This document shows, in pieces, positions 1 through 10,909 of a stretch of 64,000 bases of DNA. The stretch's first letter is position 1. Every line of letters begins with the position of its first letter. Under the pieces are notes generated by a model. That model was not told where the DNA came from and searched no databases. It worked only from the letters and a program-made list of their open reading frames with translations. Where the stretch lies: NCBI GenBank assembly GCA_963797095.1, contig CAWCNY010000006.1:384001-448000 (forward strand). The letters are read 5' to 3'. The translations under genes were made by a program, and so were the position numbers. This stretch comes from an uncultured Chloroflexia bacterium. Lineage in GTDB: Bacteria > Chloroflexota > Chloroflexia > QHBQ01 > JADMIH01.

Positions 1-25
1 GGAGGCGGGGGGCCGGGGTGAGGGG
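1..25 (+). repeat. Right end of dispersed GC-rich palindromic repeat (partial copy at window edge)
   Basis: GGAGGCGGGGGG matches 3636-3647 and GGGGCCGGGGTGAGGGG matches 18327-18343. Confidence 0.6.
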
Positions 26-99
26 CGTGTAGGAAGCCCCAACCTATCCATCAAAGAAATCCATCAAAGAAAACACCAGAAAAGAAAGGCAACCACACC

Positions 100-1254
100 A
101 TGCTCCATAAATTCCTCACAGGCGGCGAATCCCACGGCCCCTCCCTCACAGTAATAGTGGAGGGCTTCCCCGCCGGCCTCCCCCTCCCACCCGAAGAGAT
201 CAACCGCGATCTGGCCCGTCGTCAGGGTGGCTACGGTCGCAGCGGCAGACAACACATCGAGCGCGATGAGGCCATCTTCCTCGGCGGCGTAGAGAACGGC
301 ATCACCACCGGCGGCCCCATAGTCATGCAGATCGCCAACCGCGACTACGCCAACTTCATCAAAAAGGAGCACCCCCGCCTCACCTCCCCCAGGCCCGGTC
401 ACGCCGACCTCGTCGGTGCCATCAAATACAGGCTCGACGACATGCGCACCGCCCTCGAACGCTCAAGCGCCCGCGAGACCGCCGCCCGCACGGCAGCAGG
501 CGCGGTGGCTCGCCTCCTACTCCGCAACTTCGGCATAGAAGTCGGCAGCGTAGTCACCGAGATCGGCGGTGCATCCTCCACCTCCATAGACTTCTCCCAA
601 CCCCAAAGCCTCCTCGAAGCCACCGAAGACTCCCCCGTGCGCTGCCCCGATCCCGCCGCTACCGAAGAAATGAAAGCACGCATCGACCACGCCCGCCGCA
701 CCGGCGATACCGTTGGCGGTGTCTTCATCGTGTGGGCCACAGGCCTCCCCGTGGGGCTTGGCAGCTACGTCCACTGGGATAGGCGGCTAGACGGTCTTCT
801 CGCCCAGGCCGTCATGAGCATCCAGGCCATCAAAGGCGTGGAGATCGGTGACGCCTTCGAGAACGCCCGCATGAATGGCCGCAACGTCCACGACCAGATT
901 TACGCCAACGGCAACGGCCTTGAGCGCCGCACCAACCGCGCAGGCGGCCTGGAGGGTGGCGTCACCACTGGGCAGGTGCTCCTGGTGCGCGCCGCCATGA
1001 AACCGATCTCCACCACCATCAATCCACTCCAGACAGTGGACCTTGCCACCGGCGAGCAAACCACCACCCAGTACCAGCGTTCCGACTTCTGTGCCGTCCC
1101 AGCGGCGGGCGTGGTAGGCGAGGCCATGGTAGCATGGGTGCTGGCCGAAGCCCTACACGAAAAGCTAGGCGGCGACAGCCTCCCAGAAATGAGCGAACGC
1201 TTCACCCAACTACCCGCAACCGTAACAATGGCCCAACCGGTAACTGACAACTGA
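100..1254 (+). CDS. aroC: chorismate synthase
   Basis: GESHG, PRPGHAD, ERSSARET, AMKPIST motifs. Confidence 0.97.
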   Translation: MLHKFLTGGESHGPSLTVIVEGFPAGLPLPPEEINRDLARRQGGYGRSGRQHIERDEAIFLGGVENGITTGGPIVMQIANRDYANFIKKEHPRLTSPRPGHADLVGAIKYRLDDMRTALERSSARETAARTAAGAVARLLLRNFGIEVGSVVTEIGGASSTSIDFSQPQSLLEATEDSPVRCPDPAATEEMKARIDHARRTGDTVGGVFIVWATGLPVGLGSYVHWDRRLDGLLAQAVMSIQAIKGVEIGDAFENARMNGRNVHDQIYANGNGLERRTNRAGGLEGGVTTGQVLLVRAAMKPISTTINPLQTVDLATGEQTTTQYQRSDFCAVPAAGVVGEAMVAWVLAEALHEKLGGDSLPEMSERFTQLPATVTMAQPVTDN

Positions 1255-1340
1255 CAACTGACAACTGACAACTCGCCACTCGTCCGACTACCGGCTACCG
1301 GCTACCGGCTACCGGCTACCGGCTACCGGCTACCGGCTAC
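1242..1340 (+). repeat. Heptamer tandem repeats (AACTGAC)x4 and (CTACCGG)x7
   Basis: Read directly; the aroC stop codon lies inside the first tract. Confidence 0.95.
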
Positions 1341-1355
1341 TACCAGGAACCCACA

Positions 1356-1949
1356 ATGCCCCAACCCAACTTGGTCCTAACAGGCTTCATGGGCACAGGC
1401 AAGACCACCATTGGCCTCTTGCTCTCCCAACTGCTCAATATGCCTTTCCTCGACACCGATCACCTGATCGAAGAAAAGGTTGGCCTTACCGTCCGCGAGA
1501 TCTTCGACACTCATGGAGAACCTGCCTTCCGCGAGCACGAGCGCGCCACCTGCCTCCAACTCGCCTCCCGTCCCGCCCACGTGATAGCCACGGGCGGCGG
1601 TGCCCTCCTCGACCCCGTCACCCTTGCGGCCTTCCAACAAACAGGCATAGTAGTCCTTCTCACATGCTCACCCCATGCGCTCATCCAAAGGCTAAGGGAA
1701 TCCGCCCTCCGAGGTGAGCGCCCCCTCCTCCGCCACGATTTCGAGGAAGCCACCCGCAGGCTCCTGGCCGAGCGCGCCCCCATCTACTCCTCTATCAAGC
1801 TGCAACTTGACACCACCCACCTCTCTCCCGGCGAGGCCGCCGACCGCGCCCTCACCCTCTATCTCAACGCGGCCCACGCCGCCCACGAGGAGCCACACCA
1901 TGAACACCACCCAAGCCACACAGTTGGGCGTCCGCACCCCCTCCGGTAG
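1356..1949 (+). CDS. aroK: shikimate kinase
   Basis: GFMGTGKTT P-loop, DTD, GEPAFR, ATGGG, RPLL. Confidence 0.95.
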   Translation: MPQPNLVLTGFMGTGKTTIGLLLSQLLNMPFLDTDHLIEEKVGLTVREIFDTHGEPAFREHERATCLQLASRPAHVIATGGGALLDPVTLAAFQQTGIVVLLTCSPHALIQRLRESALRGERPLLRHDFEEATRRLLAERAPIYSSIKLQLDTTHLSPGEAADRALTLYLNAAHAAHEEPHHEHHPSHTVGRPHPLR

Positions 1950-2997
1950 CTACGACATCCTGCTAGGTCGTGACCTCATCGACCAGCTCGGCGCAATCGC
2001 CGCCGAGCGCGGCCTCGGCCACACGGTCGTGATAGCCACCGACGACCGTGTGCCCCCCATCTACGCGCAGGACGCCGCTCTTTCCCTGCAAGCCTCCGGC
2101 TTCAACCCCCACATCGCCGTCATGCCATCCGGCGAAGCCCACAAGCAGTGGGAATCGGTTTCCCTCTTTATCGACGCTTTCATCCGCGCCGGGTTGGACC
2201 GCACAGGCTGGGTCCTCGCCATCGGCGGTGGCGTCGTGGGCGATACTGCGGGCTTCGCCGCCTCAATTTACATGCGCGGTGTGCGCCTTGTTCAGGTCCC
2301 CACAACCCTCCTCGCCATGGCCAACTCCAGCATCGGCGGCAAAGTGGGCGTCGACCACCCCTCCGGCAAGAACCTCCTTGGCTCCTTCAAGCACCCCGAC
2401 CTCGTGGTCGCTGACCTCCACACCCTCTCCACCCTCCCCTCGCTTCAGATCGCCTGCGGCATGGCCGAGATCATAAAAGCAGGCATAATCGGCGACCCCG
2501 ACGTCTTCGATCTCATTGAGCACACCGATCCCACAGCCCTCGATTACTCGCAAGCCCTCCTGCGCGCCATCAACGTCAAGCGCACCATAGTAGAAGACGA
2601 CCCCTACGAGACAGGCGACCGCGCGCTCCTCAACCTGGGCCACACCTTCGGCCACGCCATCGAAGCCTGCACCCACTACTCTCGTCCTCACGGCGTGGCC
2701 GTAGCGCAGGGTATAATGGTGGCCTCTCTGCTAGCATCCCGGCTCGGTATGTGCAATCCCGCCCTCGTTCCACGCCTCCAATCCGCTCTTGCTCGTTGGT
2801 CCCTGCCCACCCGCTGGGGAGACCCCGACCTTGTAGGCCCCGACGCTCCCGAATCGGTTTATCGCGCCATGCTCACCGACAAAAAACGTCAGGAGGGGCG
2901 CACCCGCCTCGTCCTTCCCCAAGCCATCGGCAAAGTATCCCTGGTGGCCGACGTACCTCCCGACCTCATATTGGCCTCCCTGGCCGAACTGCAATAA
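1900..2997 (+). CDS. aroB: 3-dehydroquinate synthase
   Basis: [39 protein letters not shown]; GAGGAG RBS before ATG 1900. Confidence 0.93.
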   Translation: MNTTQATQLGVRTPSGSYDILLGRDLIDQLGAIAAERGLGHTVVIATDDRVPPIYAQDAALSLQASGFNPHIAVMPSGEAHKQWESVSLFIDAFIRAGLDRTGWVLAIGGGVVGDTAGFAASIYMRGVRLVQVPTTLLAMANSSIGGKVGVDHPSGKNLLGSFKHPDLVVADLHTLSTLPSLQIACGMAEIIKAGIIGDPDVFDLIEHTDPTALDYSQALLRAINVKRTIVEDDPYETGDRALLNLGHTFGHAIEACTHYSRPHGVAVAQGIMVASLLASRLGMCNPALVPRLQSALARWSLPTRWGDPDLVGPDAPESVYRAMLTDKKRQEGRTRLVLPQAIGKVSLVADVPPDLILASLAELQ

Positions 2998-3008
2998 GCC
3001 CAAAGACA

Positions 3009-3488
3009 ATGACAGCCAACACAAACACCCCCAACACAAGAATCCTCGTACTGCACGGACCCAACCTCAACCTCCTGTCGCGCCGCGAGCCTGCCGTCTA
3101 CGGCACGGCCACCCTCGCCAACATCGACGCTGCCATGTATAGCCTTGCTTCCGAACTCAACATCGAGCTTCGCATCGTTCAATCCAACCACGAAGGCGTG
3201 CTCATCGATGCCATTCACGAGGCCATAGATTGGGTATCCGGCATCCTGATCAACGCGGGAGCCTACACCCACACAAGCTACGCCATCCGCGACGCCATAT
3301 CCGCCGTCGCCCTCCCCACAGTCGAGGTCCATATCTCCAACATCTACGCAAGAGAAGCCTTCCGTCACCTCTCCGTCCTGGCCCCAGTCTGCCAGGGCCA
3401 GATCTCAGGCTTCGGCCTCCAAAGCTACCTGCTGGGTCTCCGCGCCCTCCACACAATTATCACTCAGGACAAAGGCCCAGCCGCTTGA
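3009..3488 (+). CDS. aroQ: type II 3-dehydroquinate dehydratase
   Basis: [37 protein letters not shown]. Confidence 0.95.
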   Translation: MTANTNTPNTRILVLHGPNLNLLSRREPAVYGTATLANIDAAMYSLASELNIELRIVQSNHEGVLIDAIHEAIDWVSGILINAGAYTHTSYAIRDAISAVALPTVEVHISNIYAREAFRHLSVLAPVCQGQISGFGLQSYLLGLRALHTIITQDKGPAA

Positions 3489-3535
3489 ACTCAACTGGGG
3501 TACGGGGGTACTCACCCACTTACCAGGCCAAAAGA

Positions 3536-3660
3536 GGGTGCAGGGGTACTCCCCTCACAGGGGGTTTGTGGGTGTCCCCCAACTCTATTTCTTCTATTTA
3601 GACGCCCCTCTCCCCGAACACGGGGTGCCGACGAAGGAGGCGGGGGGAGGGGAGAGGGGT
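3536..3660 (+). repeat. Dispersed ~115-125 bp GC-rich multi-hairpin repeat, copy A
   Basis: First ~90 bp nearly identical to 18233-18322. Confidence 0.85.
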
Positions 3661-3748
3661 GTTAACATACATAACATAGAAGGACTACAACAAAGCCAGG
3701 AGTTCTGATACAGATATATGCGCCGCCGTGCGCAACTCCCCTATTTCA

Positions 3749-3777
3749 TTGACACTCTAGGCGTCAAGTGGTATTCT
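3749..3777 (+). promoter_or_regulatory. sigma70-type promoter of cyclase-STAND gene
   Basis: TTGACA-17 bp-TATTCT with extended TG; -35 overlaps a TTGAC-N9-GTCAA inverted repeat. Confidence 0.6.
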
Positions 3778-3814
3778 CCCATTGAGCGCCACATTGCAAC
3801 GCAATATGGCTCCA

Positions 3815-3837
3815 GGGGCGACCGGGTGGGTCGCCCC
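3815..3837. repeat. REP-like hairpin in 5' leader
   Basis: GGGGCGACC-GGGTG-GGTCGCCCC. Confidence 0.5.
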
Positions 3838-3901
3838 GGTGCGTAACAGGCTCACAGGCTCATACAGCCTCTTTGCTACCTCCTGCCAGGAGGCAGGGTA
3901 C

Positions 3902-6688
3902 ATGTCCAGCCTTCCCACCGGCACAGTCACGTTCCTCTATACCGATCTAGAAGAGAGCACCAGGCGCTGGGAAGCATACCCGGCGATCATGAAGGCCGCT
4001 GTCGAGAGACACGACCGGCTCTTGCGGCAGGCTATCATAGACCATGGCGGCACAGTCTTCCGCACCGAAGGCGATGCCTTCCGAGCCACCTTCACCACGG
4101 CCCCCCAGGCCCTATCTGGCGTCATAGACGCACAGCGCCAACTCCAGGCCGAGCCGTGGCCCTCCGAAGTTGCCCCCCTCAAAGTTCGCATGGCTCTCCA
4201 CACAGGCGTAGGTGAGGTGCGCGACGGCGACTATGTCGGTGCTCACCTCAACCGCGTTGCCCGCATCCTTGCCACCGCCTACGGAGGCCAGGTGCTCCTT
4301 TCCGCAGCCACTTTCGACCTCGTTCGCGATTCCCTCCCCGATGGCGTCACCCTCCGCGACCTGGGCGAACACCGCCTCAAAGACCTTCAACGCCCCGAAC
4401 AGGTCTTCCAACTCGTTATCCCCGGTCTCCCTTCCGCCTTCCCGCCCCTCCGCTCGCTCGATAACCGCCCCAACAACCTCCCCCTTCAGCGCACCCTCCT
4501 GATCGGTAGAGAAACCGAGCTTGATGCTATCCAACAACTCCTCCTACGCCCTGAGGTTGGCCTGCTGACACTGGTCGGCCCCGGTGGTATCGGCAAGACC
4601 CGACTTGCCCTCCAGGTTGGCGCTGAACTAATAGATCGCTTCCCTGATGGTGTCTTCCTCGTCTCTCTCGCTTCCGTGTCAAGCCCCGACCTCCTCTATC
4701 AGGCTACCGCTCAAGCCCTTGGTATTCAAGAAGCGGTCGGCACATCCATAGCCGACCTGGTGGCGCGTTTCCTCACCAGCAAGCTTCTGCTCCTTATCCT
4801 GGACAACTTTGAGCATATCGTAGATGCCGCTCCCGCGGTAGCGAGTCTTCTGTCTATGGCTCGCGGTCTCAAAGTGCTCGTCACGAGTCGCGAAGTGCTC
4901 CACCTCCACGGCGAGCAAGAATATCATGTGCCGCCCCTCGCCCTCCCCAACACGCGCCGCCTCCCCTCCATCGAGATCCTCTCCCAGTTCGACGCTGTAG
5001 CCCTCTTCATCCAGCGTGCGCGCCTCGTCAATTCCAACTTCCAGATCAACAACGACAATGCCCCCGCCGTCGCCGAAATATGTTTTCGGCTCGATGGCCT
5101 TCCTCTCGCCATCGAGCTGGCCGCCGCGCGCATTCGTCTCCTCCCTCCCAATGCCCTCCTTGAGCGTCTTGCCAGCCGCCTCAAACTCCTCACCGGGGGT
5201 TCTCGCGACCTCCCCGCCCGCCAGCAAACCCTCCGCGACACCATCCGCTGGAGCTACGACCTCCTTAGCTCAGGCGAGCAAATGCTTTTCCGCCGCCTCG
5301 CTATATTCGCCGGTGGCTGCACCCTCGAAGCCGCCGAAGCCATCTGCAACCGCAACGGCGACCTTGAGCTTGATGTCCTCGACGGCGTGGCCTCCCTTGT
5401 CGAAAAGAGCCTCCTCAGGAACGAATCATCTCGTCCCGGCGCATCTCAGGAGGATGACCCCCGCATCACCATGCTCGAAACTATTCGCGAGTATGCCCTT
5501 GAGCTTCTTGAGAGCGACCCTGCTGAGGCCCCCGAGATGCGCGCCAATTTCATTGCCTATTTTGAAGACCTGGCAAAAGAGGCCCAACTCCATTTGCCCA
5601 GGAGCGATCAAAAAGAATGGATCAATCGACTTGAGCTTGAATTGGACAACATCACTGCGGTCGTGCACTGGCTGCTTGATGCAGGTAAAGCGCAACGCCT
5701 GCTCCACATCGTGTGGTCCATCTGGCAGTTCTGGTACTATCGCGGCTACTTCTCCGAGGTGCTGAACTGGGTTGAAAGCGCGTTTGCACTCCCCGAAGGC
5801 AAAGCCCGCACAATTGAGCGTGCTGCCGGGCTGATGATCACCTCCATCATAGGTGCTCGCCTCGGCAACTTCGACAAAATGGGCGAATACGGTCGCGAAT
5901 CTGCCGCCATCGCCGCCGAGTTGGAGCCGACGCCCGAAGCGCGCAGCATCCGCGCCTATGCCCTCATCATGGTGGGTGCCGAAGGGGTATACCGTGAGAC
6001 CGGGCAACTGGAACGCTCTTTACTTGAAGAAAGTGTGCAAGTACTTCGCGAGATACACGATATCTGGGGCCTCGCGCTTGGCCTGCTTGATATCGGCCTG
6101 GTCGAAATGTACCACCACAACTTTGCCGAGTCGCAGGCCGCTCTCGAAGAGGGCACGGCGCTCTTTCGGCAGATTGGTGATGTCTGGGGATTAGCCCAGA
6201 TGCTCAACAGCCTGGGCGACCTCATGCGGGTTCAACAGAACTACCCGCGCGCCAAAGAGCTTTACGAAGAAAGCCTTGTCCTCTATCGTGATCTCGATAT
6301 TCGCCCCGACATTCCGGCTTCTCTGCACAATCTAGCCTATATCGCTCTCGCTCAAGGCGAGTCTGAGAAAGCCCGTAGCCTCTTCGTCGAAGCGCTCAAT
6401 TTGCAGGTCTCCTTGAAAAACAGGGGTGGAGTTGCCGAGTGCGTGGCCGGGCTTGGCGCGGTGCTGGCGGTTGAAGGTCAGGCCGAGTGGGCCACCAGGC
6501 TCTTAGCCTACGCCGATGCTGTGCGCAAAGAGGAAGGGTCGGCCTGGTGGCCCGCCGAGCGTGCCGACCGCGACCGCTACACCGCCCTCGCCCAATCGCA
6601 ACTCGACCAGGCTACCTGGGCCAAAGCCTACGCCGAGGGCCAGACCCTCACCCAGGATCGCGCCATCCAGTATGCCCTCCAACAATAA
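3902..6688 (+). CDS. class III adenylate/guanylate cyclase - NB-ARC/STAND NTPase - TPR protein
   Basis: [22 protein letters not shown]; [27 protein letters not shown]; C-terminal TPRs; AGGAGG before ATG 3902. Confidence 0.92.
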   Translation: MSSLPTGTVTFLYTDLEESTRRWEAYPAIMKAAVERHDRLLRQAIIDHGGTVFRTEGDAFRATFTTAPQALSGVIDAQRQLQAEPWPSEVAPLKVRMALHTGVGEVRDGDYVGAHLNRVARILATAYGGQVLLSAATFDLVRDSLPDGVTLRDLGEHRLKDLQRPEQVFQLVIPGLPSAFPPLRSLDNRPNNLPLQRTLLIGRETELDAIQQLLLRPEVGLLTLVGPGGIGKTRLALQVGAELIDRFPDGVFLVSLASVSSPDLLYQATAQALGIQEAVGTSIADLVARFLTSKLLLLILDNFEHIVDAAPAVASLLSMARGLKVLVTSREVLHLHGEQEYHVPPLALPNTRRLPSIEILSQFDAVALFIQRARLVNSNFQINNDNAPAVAEICFRLDGLPLAIELAAARIRLLPPNALLERLASRLKLLTGGSRDLPARQQTLRDTIRWSYDLLSSGEQMLFRRLAIFAGGCTLEAAEAICNRNGDLELDVLDGVASLVEKSLLRNESSRPGASQEDDPRITMLETIREYALELLESDPAEAPEMRANFIAYFEDLAKEAQLHLPRSDQKEWINRLELELDNITAVVHWLLDAGKAQRLLHIVWSIWQFWYYRGYFSEVLNWVESAFALPEGKARTIERAAGLMITSIIGARLGNFDKMGEYGRESAAIAAELEPTPEARSIRAYALIMVGAEGVYRETGQLERSLLEESVQVLREIHDIWGLALGLLDIGLVEMYHHNFAESQAALEEGTALFRQIGDVWGLAQMLNSLGDLMRVQQNYPRAKELYEESLVLYRDLDIRPDIPASLHNLAYIALAQGESEKARSLFVEALNLQVSLKNRGGVAECVAGLGAVLAVEGQAEWATRLLAYADAVRKEEGSAWWPAERADRDRYTALAQSQLDQATWAKAYAEGQTLTQDRAIQYALQQ

Positions 6689-7088
6689 GCCGCCACTCGC
6701 GAAACGAGTGCGGGCTGTATCCTTGCCCCTCGTCAAATGGACACAAACTGAGCACTTTCCGGTCAGGACAATGAACACCCCTAACCCCCATAATGCAATG
6801 TGGGAGGCCCATGTCCACAACTGCTCCGCTAAGCCATTCAGTACTCTTGCTCTTGTTCCATTGCCCGGTATCCTTGTAGGATGGTATACTGGCTTATCCT
6901 TCCTGCCATTTCTCCACCTAAGCGGAGATGGTGGGTGGCTACCCGGCTATCCGATCTCAATACTTCCGTTACCGGAAGTCCAGGGGTTATCTCTCACAAG
7001 GTCACTGGCATGAAATGGGCGTTGACAGGGCTGCTACTCTTTATTGCGGCCTGTTGCGCTGCTTTTCGTTGTGAAAGGAGATCTTTGC

Positions 7089-10000
7089 ATGGATTGCCCT
7101 AATTGCCAGACCCATAACCCCGAAGGTGCTAGGTTTTGCTTCAACTGTGGAACCTCCCTCTCCATCAATTGCAGCAATTGTGGCACCCAGCTGGTAGCCG
7201 GTGCCAAATTCTGCTTCAACTGTGGTCACCCGGTCTGTGCCCCTGTTAGCTCCACTACCGGCGCACCCCCGCCCAGCCAAGTAGCTCCTTCTCCTTCCTC
7301 CTCCATCTCCACCACCCTCACCACCGCCCCCTCCAATTCCGCCCACGACCGCCTTCAGCAATACATCCCCAAAGAGCTTCTAGGTAAGCTCGAAGCCGCC
7401 CGCGCCAACCGCAGCATGGCGGGCGAGCGCCGCATCGTCACAGTCCTCTTCTGCGATGTAAAAGGCTCCACCGCCCTGGCCGAAATGCTCGACCCCGAAG
7501 AATGGGCCGAGATCATGAATGGCGCGTTCAAATACCTCATCGAACCTATCTACAGGTATGAAGGCACCCTCGCCCGCCTCATGGGCGATGCCATTCTCGC
7601 CTTCTTCGGTGCGCCCATCGCCCACGAAGACGACCCTCAGCGTGCAGTCCTCGCAGGACTTGACATAATCGATGGGATGAAGACCTACCGCGAGAAGATC
7701 ATGCGTGAGCGCGGCTTCGACCTCAACGTCCGCATCGGCATCAACACAGGTCTTGTAGTGGTGGGCGAAGTAGGCTCCGACCTCCGCGTCGAGTACACAG
7801 CCATGGGCGACGCCGTCAACCTCGCCTCCCGCATGGAGCAGACAGCCGACCCCGATACCGTTCGCATCTCCGGCAACACCCACAAATCGGTCTCCAACCT
7901 CTTCCTCTTCAAATCCCTGGGTGACATCGAGGTGAAGGGCAAGTCCGAGCCTGTGCCTGCCTACGAGGTGCTGGGCGTCCGCGAAGGCGCAATCCCCACG
8001 CGAGGCATCGAAGGTCTATCCTCCCCCCTCGTCGGCAGAACTCGCGAGCTTTTCACCCTCCAATCGGCCCTGGACGACGTATCCGCAGGCATGGGCCGCA
8101 TAGTCTCCCTCATGGGAGAAGCCGGTCTAGGCAAATCTCGCCTGGTAGCCGAGCTAAAGGCTCAATTCCTGAACCAGGAACCGGGAACCAGGAACTTGGA
8201 ACTTGGAACTTGGAACTTATCCTGGTACGAAGGCCGCTCCCTATCGTACGAATCCACCGTGCCCTACGCTCCTTTCATCGACATGTTTAGCTCTATATTC
8301 GGCATCCACTCATCCGATAGCGACTCCGAACGCTACGACAAAGTAAGAGCCGGTGTCGAGTCTCTGCTCCCCGGCCACGGCGATGAGGTGGCCCCCTTTA
8401 TCGCCACTCTCCTGAACGTCAAACTGGACGGCGACCCCCGCGAGCGCATGCGCTACCTTGAGCCGCCAATGTTGCGCGGGCGTGTGTTCCATGCTGTTGC
8501 CCAGTTCATCGGCGCGCTTGCCTCCAATGGCCCTGTCGTCCTCCTCTTTGAAGACCTCCACTGGGTAGACCCCACCTCTCTCGAACTGATCGAGGCCCTC
8601 CTACCTCTCACCGACACCCTCCCCTTGATGCTCTTCGCCATCTTCCGCCCCAACAAGCAGGATCCCTCCTGGCGCTTCCACGAACTCGCCTCCAGCGATC
8701 ACCGCGACCGCTATGTGACCGTCTCCCTCCAACCCCTCGACGACACCGAATCCCGCCAACTTGTGGCTAACCTCCTTGAGATAGAAGACCTCCCTGAGAA
8801 AGTACGCGCCCTCATCCTCAGCAAAGCCGAGGGCAACCCCTTCTTCGTCGAAGAAGTTATCCGTTCCCTCCTCGATGCTAAACTCGTCATACGGGAAGAC
8901 GACCATTGGCGCGCCACCCGCGAGATCGAGAACATCGCCGTGCCAGATACCCTCGCCGGGGTCATCACCGCCCGCCTTGACAGGCTCGACGACGAATCGA
9001 AGTACGTCGCTCAGACCGCCTCCGTCGTAGGTCGCGATTTCCAGTATGATGTGCTCGGTGAAGTCTACGAAAGTCCCCAGACCCTTGATCCCTCCCTCGC
9101 CACCCTTCAACAGCGCGAGCTTGTGCGCGAGAAAAGCCGCATCCCGACCCGCGCCTACATGTTCAAGCACGTGCTCACCCAGGAGACCGCCTATTCCTCC
9201 GTCCTCCTGAGCAGACGGCGCGAGATACACCGCCGCGTCGCCGAATGTCTCGAACGAGTCGCCCCCGACCGTGTAAACGACATAGCCCGCCACTATTTAG
9301 AGGCTCGCCAGGATGCTCGCGCCCTTCCTTACCTGATCGAGGCCGCCGACCGCGAAGCTCGCGCAGGCGCACGCGACGAGGCCATCGGCCACTACCGCCA
9401 GGCCGTCGCAGTTTCCATAAACCTCGATGACCATGCCTCCGTGCGCAAAGCCTACGAGGGTCTGGGCAAGTCGTTGGAGTTCGCGATGCAACCGATGGAA
9501 GCTATCGAGACCTACAACACTATGCTCTCTTTTGGCGAGCAACACAGCGATCCATCTATGCAAGTCTCCGCCCTCAATAAGCTCTCCTATGCGACCGCTT
9601 TCATGCTCGGCCAGATGCCGGAGGCTGAGGCATACCTCTCACGCGCTGAAGAGATCGCCAACGACAACGCAGAATTGGTCGGCCTGGTTAAATCCTCTAC
9701 TGTGCGTTGCGGCATCTGCACTATGGTGGCCGATTTCGACAATGCCGCCAAACATCTTGAGAACGCCGCCGAGCTGGGTCGCCGCATCGAAAACCTCGAT
9801 ACCACCGCTTACGGGCTGGCGCACCGCGCCAACATGCTTACCCACCTCATGAAGTTTGACGAGGTTTATGAGGTCTCCATGGAGGGTCTCCAGGTGAGCG
9901 ACGCCGCGGGCCACTTGGAACACAAGGCCAACATCATGTCCTATCCGCTCCCCGTCTATTACATGCACAAAGGTAACCTTGCCGAGGCTTATAGGTGGGC

Positions 10001-10841
10001 GGGGGAAGGCTATACCATCGCCGACCGCATAGGCTCTCCCGTCCCCTGTATCATGGCGGCCTACTTTTCGGGCTACATCGCTGAATTGCAGGGCGACTAT
10101 GAAACAGCCCTCGATTGGCATCGCAAAGGGTTGCAGCACGCCCGCCCCATGGCCACCTTCTTTCCTTTTGTGTTGGTCCCTCCCCTTGGTGGTCTCGGCG
10201 TGATCTGCCTCGACATCTCAGATGCCCTCAAGGACAAGGTGACGGAATATCACACCGAGGCGCTCAACATCCTCAAGACCCCCATGGGTTCCCCCACAGG
10301 CGGCACAGGCTGGGCTGACCTCGGCTTTTGCGCCTTGCAACTGGGGTATCCTGATATAGCCTATCAGTATTTCGAGAACGGCCTGACCGTTCCCTCCATG
10401 CAAATGTACTTGATGAAGCCCCGGCTGCTGGCGGGTGCAGCCCTGGCCGCTCAGGCCCTCGGCAACACAGATGAGGCCACTTCCAGGATGCAGGAAGCCT
10501 GCACCTTTATGGAAGCTAACGGCCTGGATTGGTATAAACCACAATTGGCCCTCCTCGACGCCGGATTAGCCGCCGCCCTTGGCTCGTCTGAGCAGGCCCT
10601 CGAAAAGTACAGGCAAGCCATAGCCCTCTCAGAGGAGTCGCACATGCCCCACATAAAATGGCAGGCCCAACTGGGTGCCGCCAAACTCCTTCAAGAGTGT
10701 GGCAACACCGCCGAATCCCAAACGCTCCTCCAGAGCGCCCAACAAACACTCAACGAACTGTCAGCTGGCTTCAAAGACCCAACCTACAAAGAAGCCTTTC
10801 AGGAAAACCCGGCCCACCAACTAGCCGCCCAACCCCAATAA
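7089..10841 (+). CDS. double zinc ribbon - class III cyclase - AAA/STAND ATPase - TPR protein
   Basis: Four CxxC pairs at N-terminus; FCDVKGST, MGDA, GDAVNLASR; GEAGLGKS, FEDLHW, GNPFFVEE; AAGGAG RBS. Confidence 0.92.
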   Translation: MDCPNCQTHNPEGARFCFNCGTSLSINCSNCGTQLVAGAKFCFNCGHPVCAPVSSTTGAPPPSQVAPSPSSSISTTLTTAPSNSAHDRLQQYIPKELLGKLEAARANRSMAGERRIVTVLFCDVKGSTALAEMLDPEEWAEIMNGAFKYLIEPIYRYEGTLARLMGDAILAFFGAPIAHEDDPQRAVLAGLDIIDGMKTYREKIMRERGFDLNVRIGINTGLVVVGEVGSDLRVEYTAMGDAVNLASRMEQTADPDTVRISGNTHKSVSNLFLFKSLGDIEVKGKSEPVPAYEVLGVREGAIPTRGIEGLSSPLVGRTRELFTLQSALDDVSAGMGRIVSLMGEAGLGKSRLVAELKAQFLNQEPGTRNLELGTWNLSWYEGRSLSYESTVPYAPFIDMFSSIFGIHSSDSDSERYDKVRAGVESLLPGHGDEVAPFIATLLNVKLDGDPRERMRYLEPPMLRGRVFHAVAQFIGALASNGPVVLLFEDLHWVDPTSLELIEALLPLTDTLPLMLFAIFRPNKQDPSWRFHELASSDHRDRYVTVSLQPLDDTESRQLVANLLEIEDLPEKVRALILSKAEGNPFFVEEVIRSLLDAKLVIREDDHWRATREIENIAVPDTLAGVITARLDRLDDESKYVAQTASVVGRDFQYDVLGEVYESPQTLDPSLATLQQRELVREKSRIPTRAYMFKHVLTQETAYSSVLLSRRREIHRRVAECLERVAPDRVNDIARHYLEARQDARALPYLIEAADREARAGARDEAIGHYRQAVAVSINLDDHASVRKAYEGLGKSLEFAMQPMEAIETYNTMLSFGEQHSDPSMQVSALNKLSYATAFMLGQMPEAEAYLSRAEEIANDNAELVGLVKSSTVRCGICTMVADFDNAAKHLENAAELGRRIENLDTTAYGLAHRANMLTHLMKFDEVYEVSMEGLQVSDAAGHLEHKANIMSYPLPVYYMHKGNLAEAYRWAGEGYTIADRIGSPVPCIMAAYFSGYIAELQGDYETALDWHRKGLQHARPMATFFPFVLVPPLGGLGVICLDISDALKDKVTEYHTEALNILKTPMGSPTGGTGWADLGFCALQLGYPDIAYQYFENGLTVPSMQMYLMKPRLLAGAALAAQALGNTDEATSRMQEACTFMEANGLDWYKPQLALLDAGLAAALGSSEQALEKYRQAIALSEESHMPHIKWQAQLGAAKLLQECGNTAESQTLLQSAQQTLNELSAGFKDPTYKEAFQENPAHQLAAQPQ
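8171..8219 (+). repeat. Heptamer repeat (GAACYDR)x7 inside coding sequence
   Basis: gaaccag gaaccgg gaaccag gaacttg gaacttg gaacttg gaactta; encodes NQEPGTRNLELGTWNL. Confidence 0.9.
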
Positions 10842-10909
10842 CGAGTAACCAGGAACTTTCCGACTACCGACTACACCAGGGAACACATATCCCGTCCCAG
10901 GAGCCCCCA

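Noticed and set aside
1900-1949. His-rich AroK tail as metal-binding feature
   Set aside because: It arises from a 50-bp overlap with the aroB start region.
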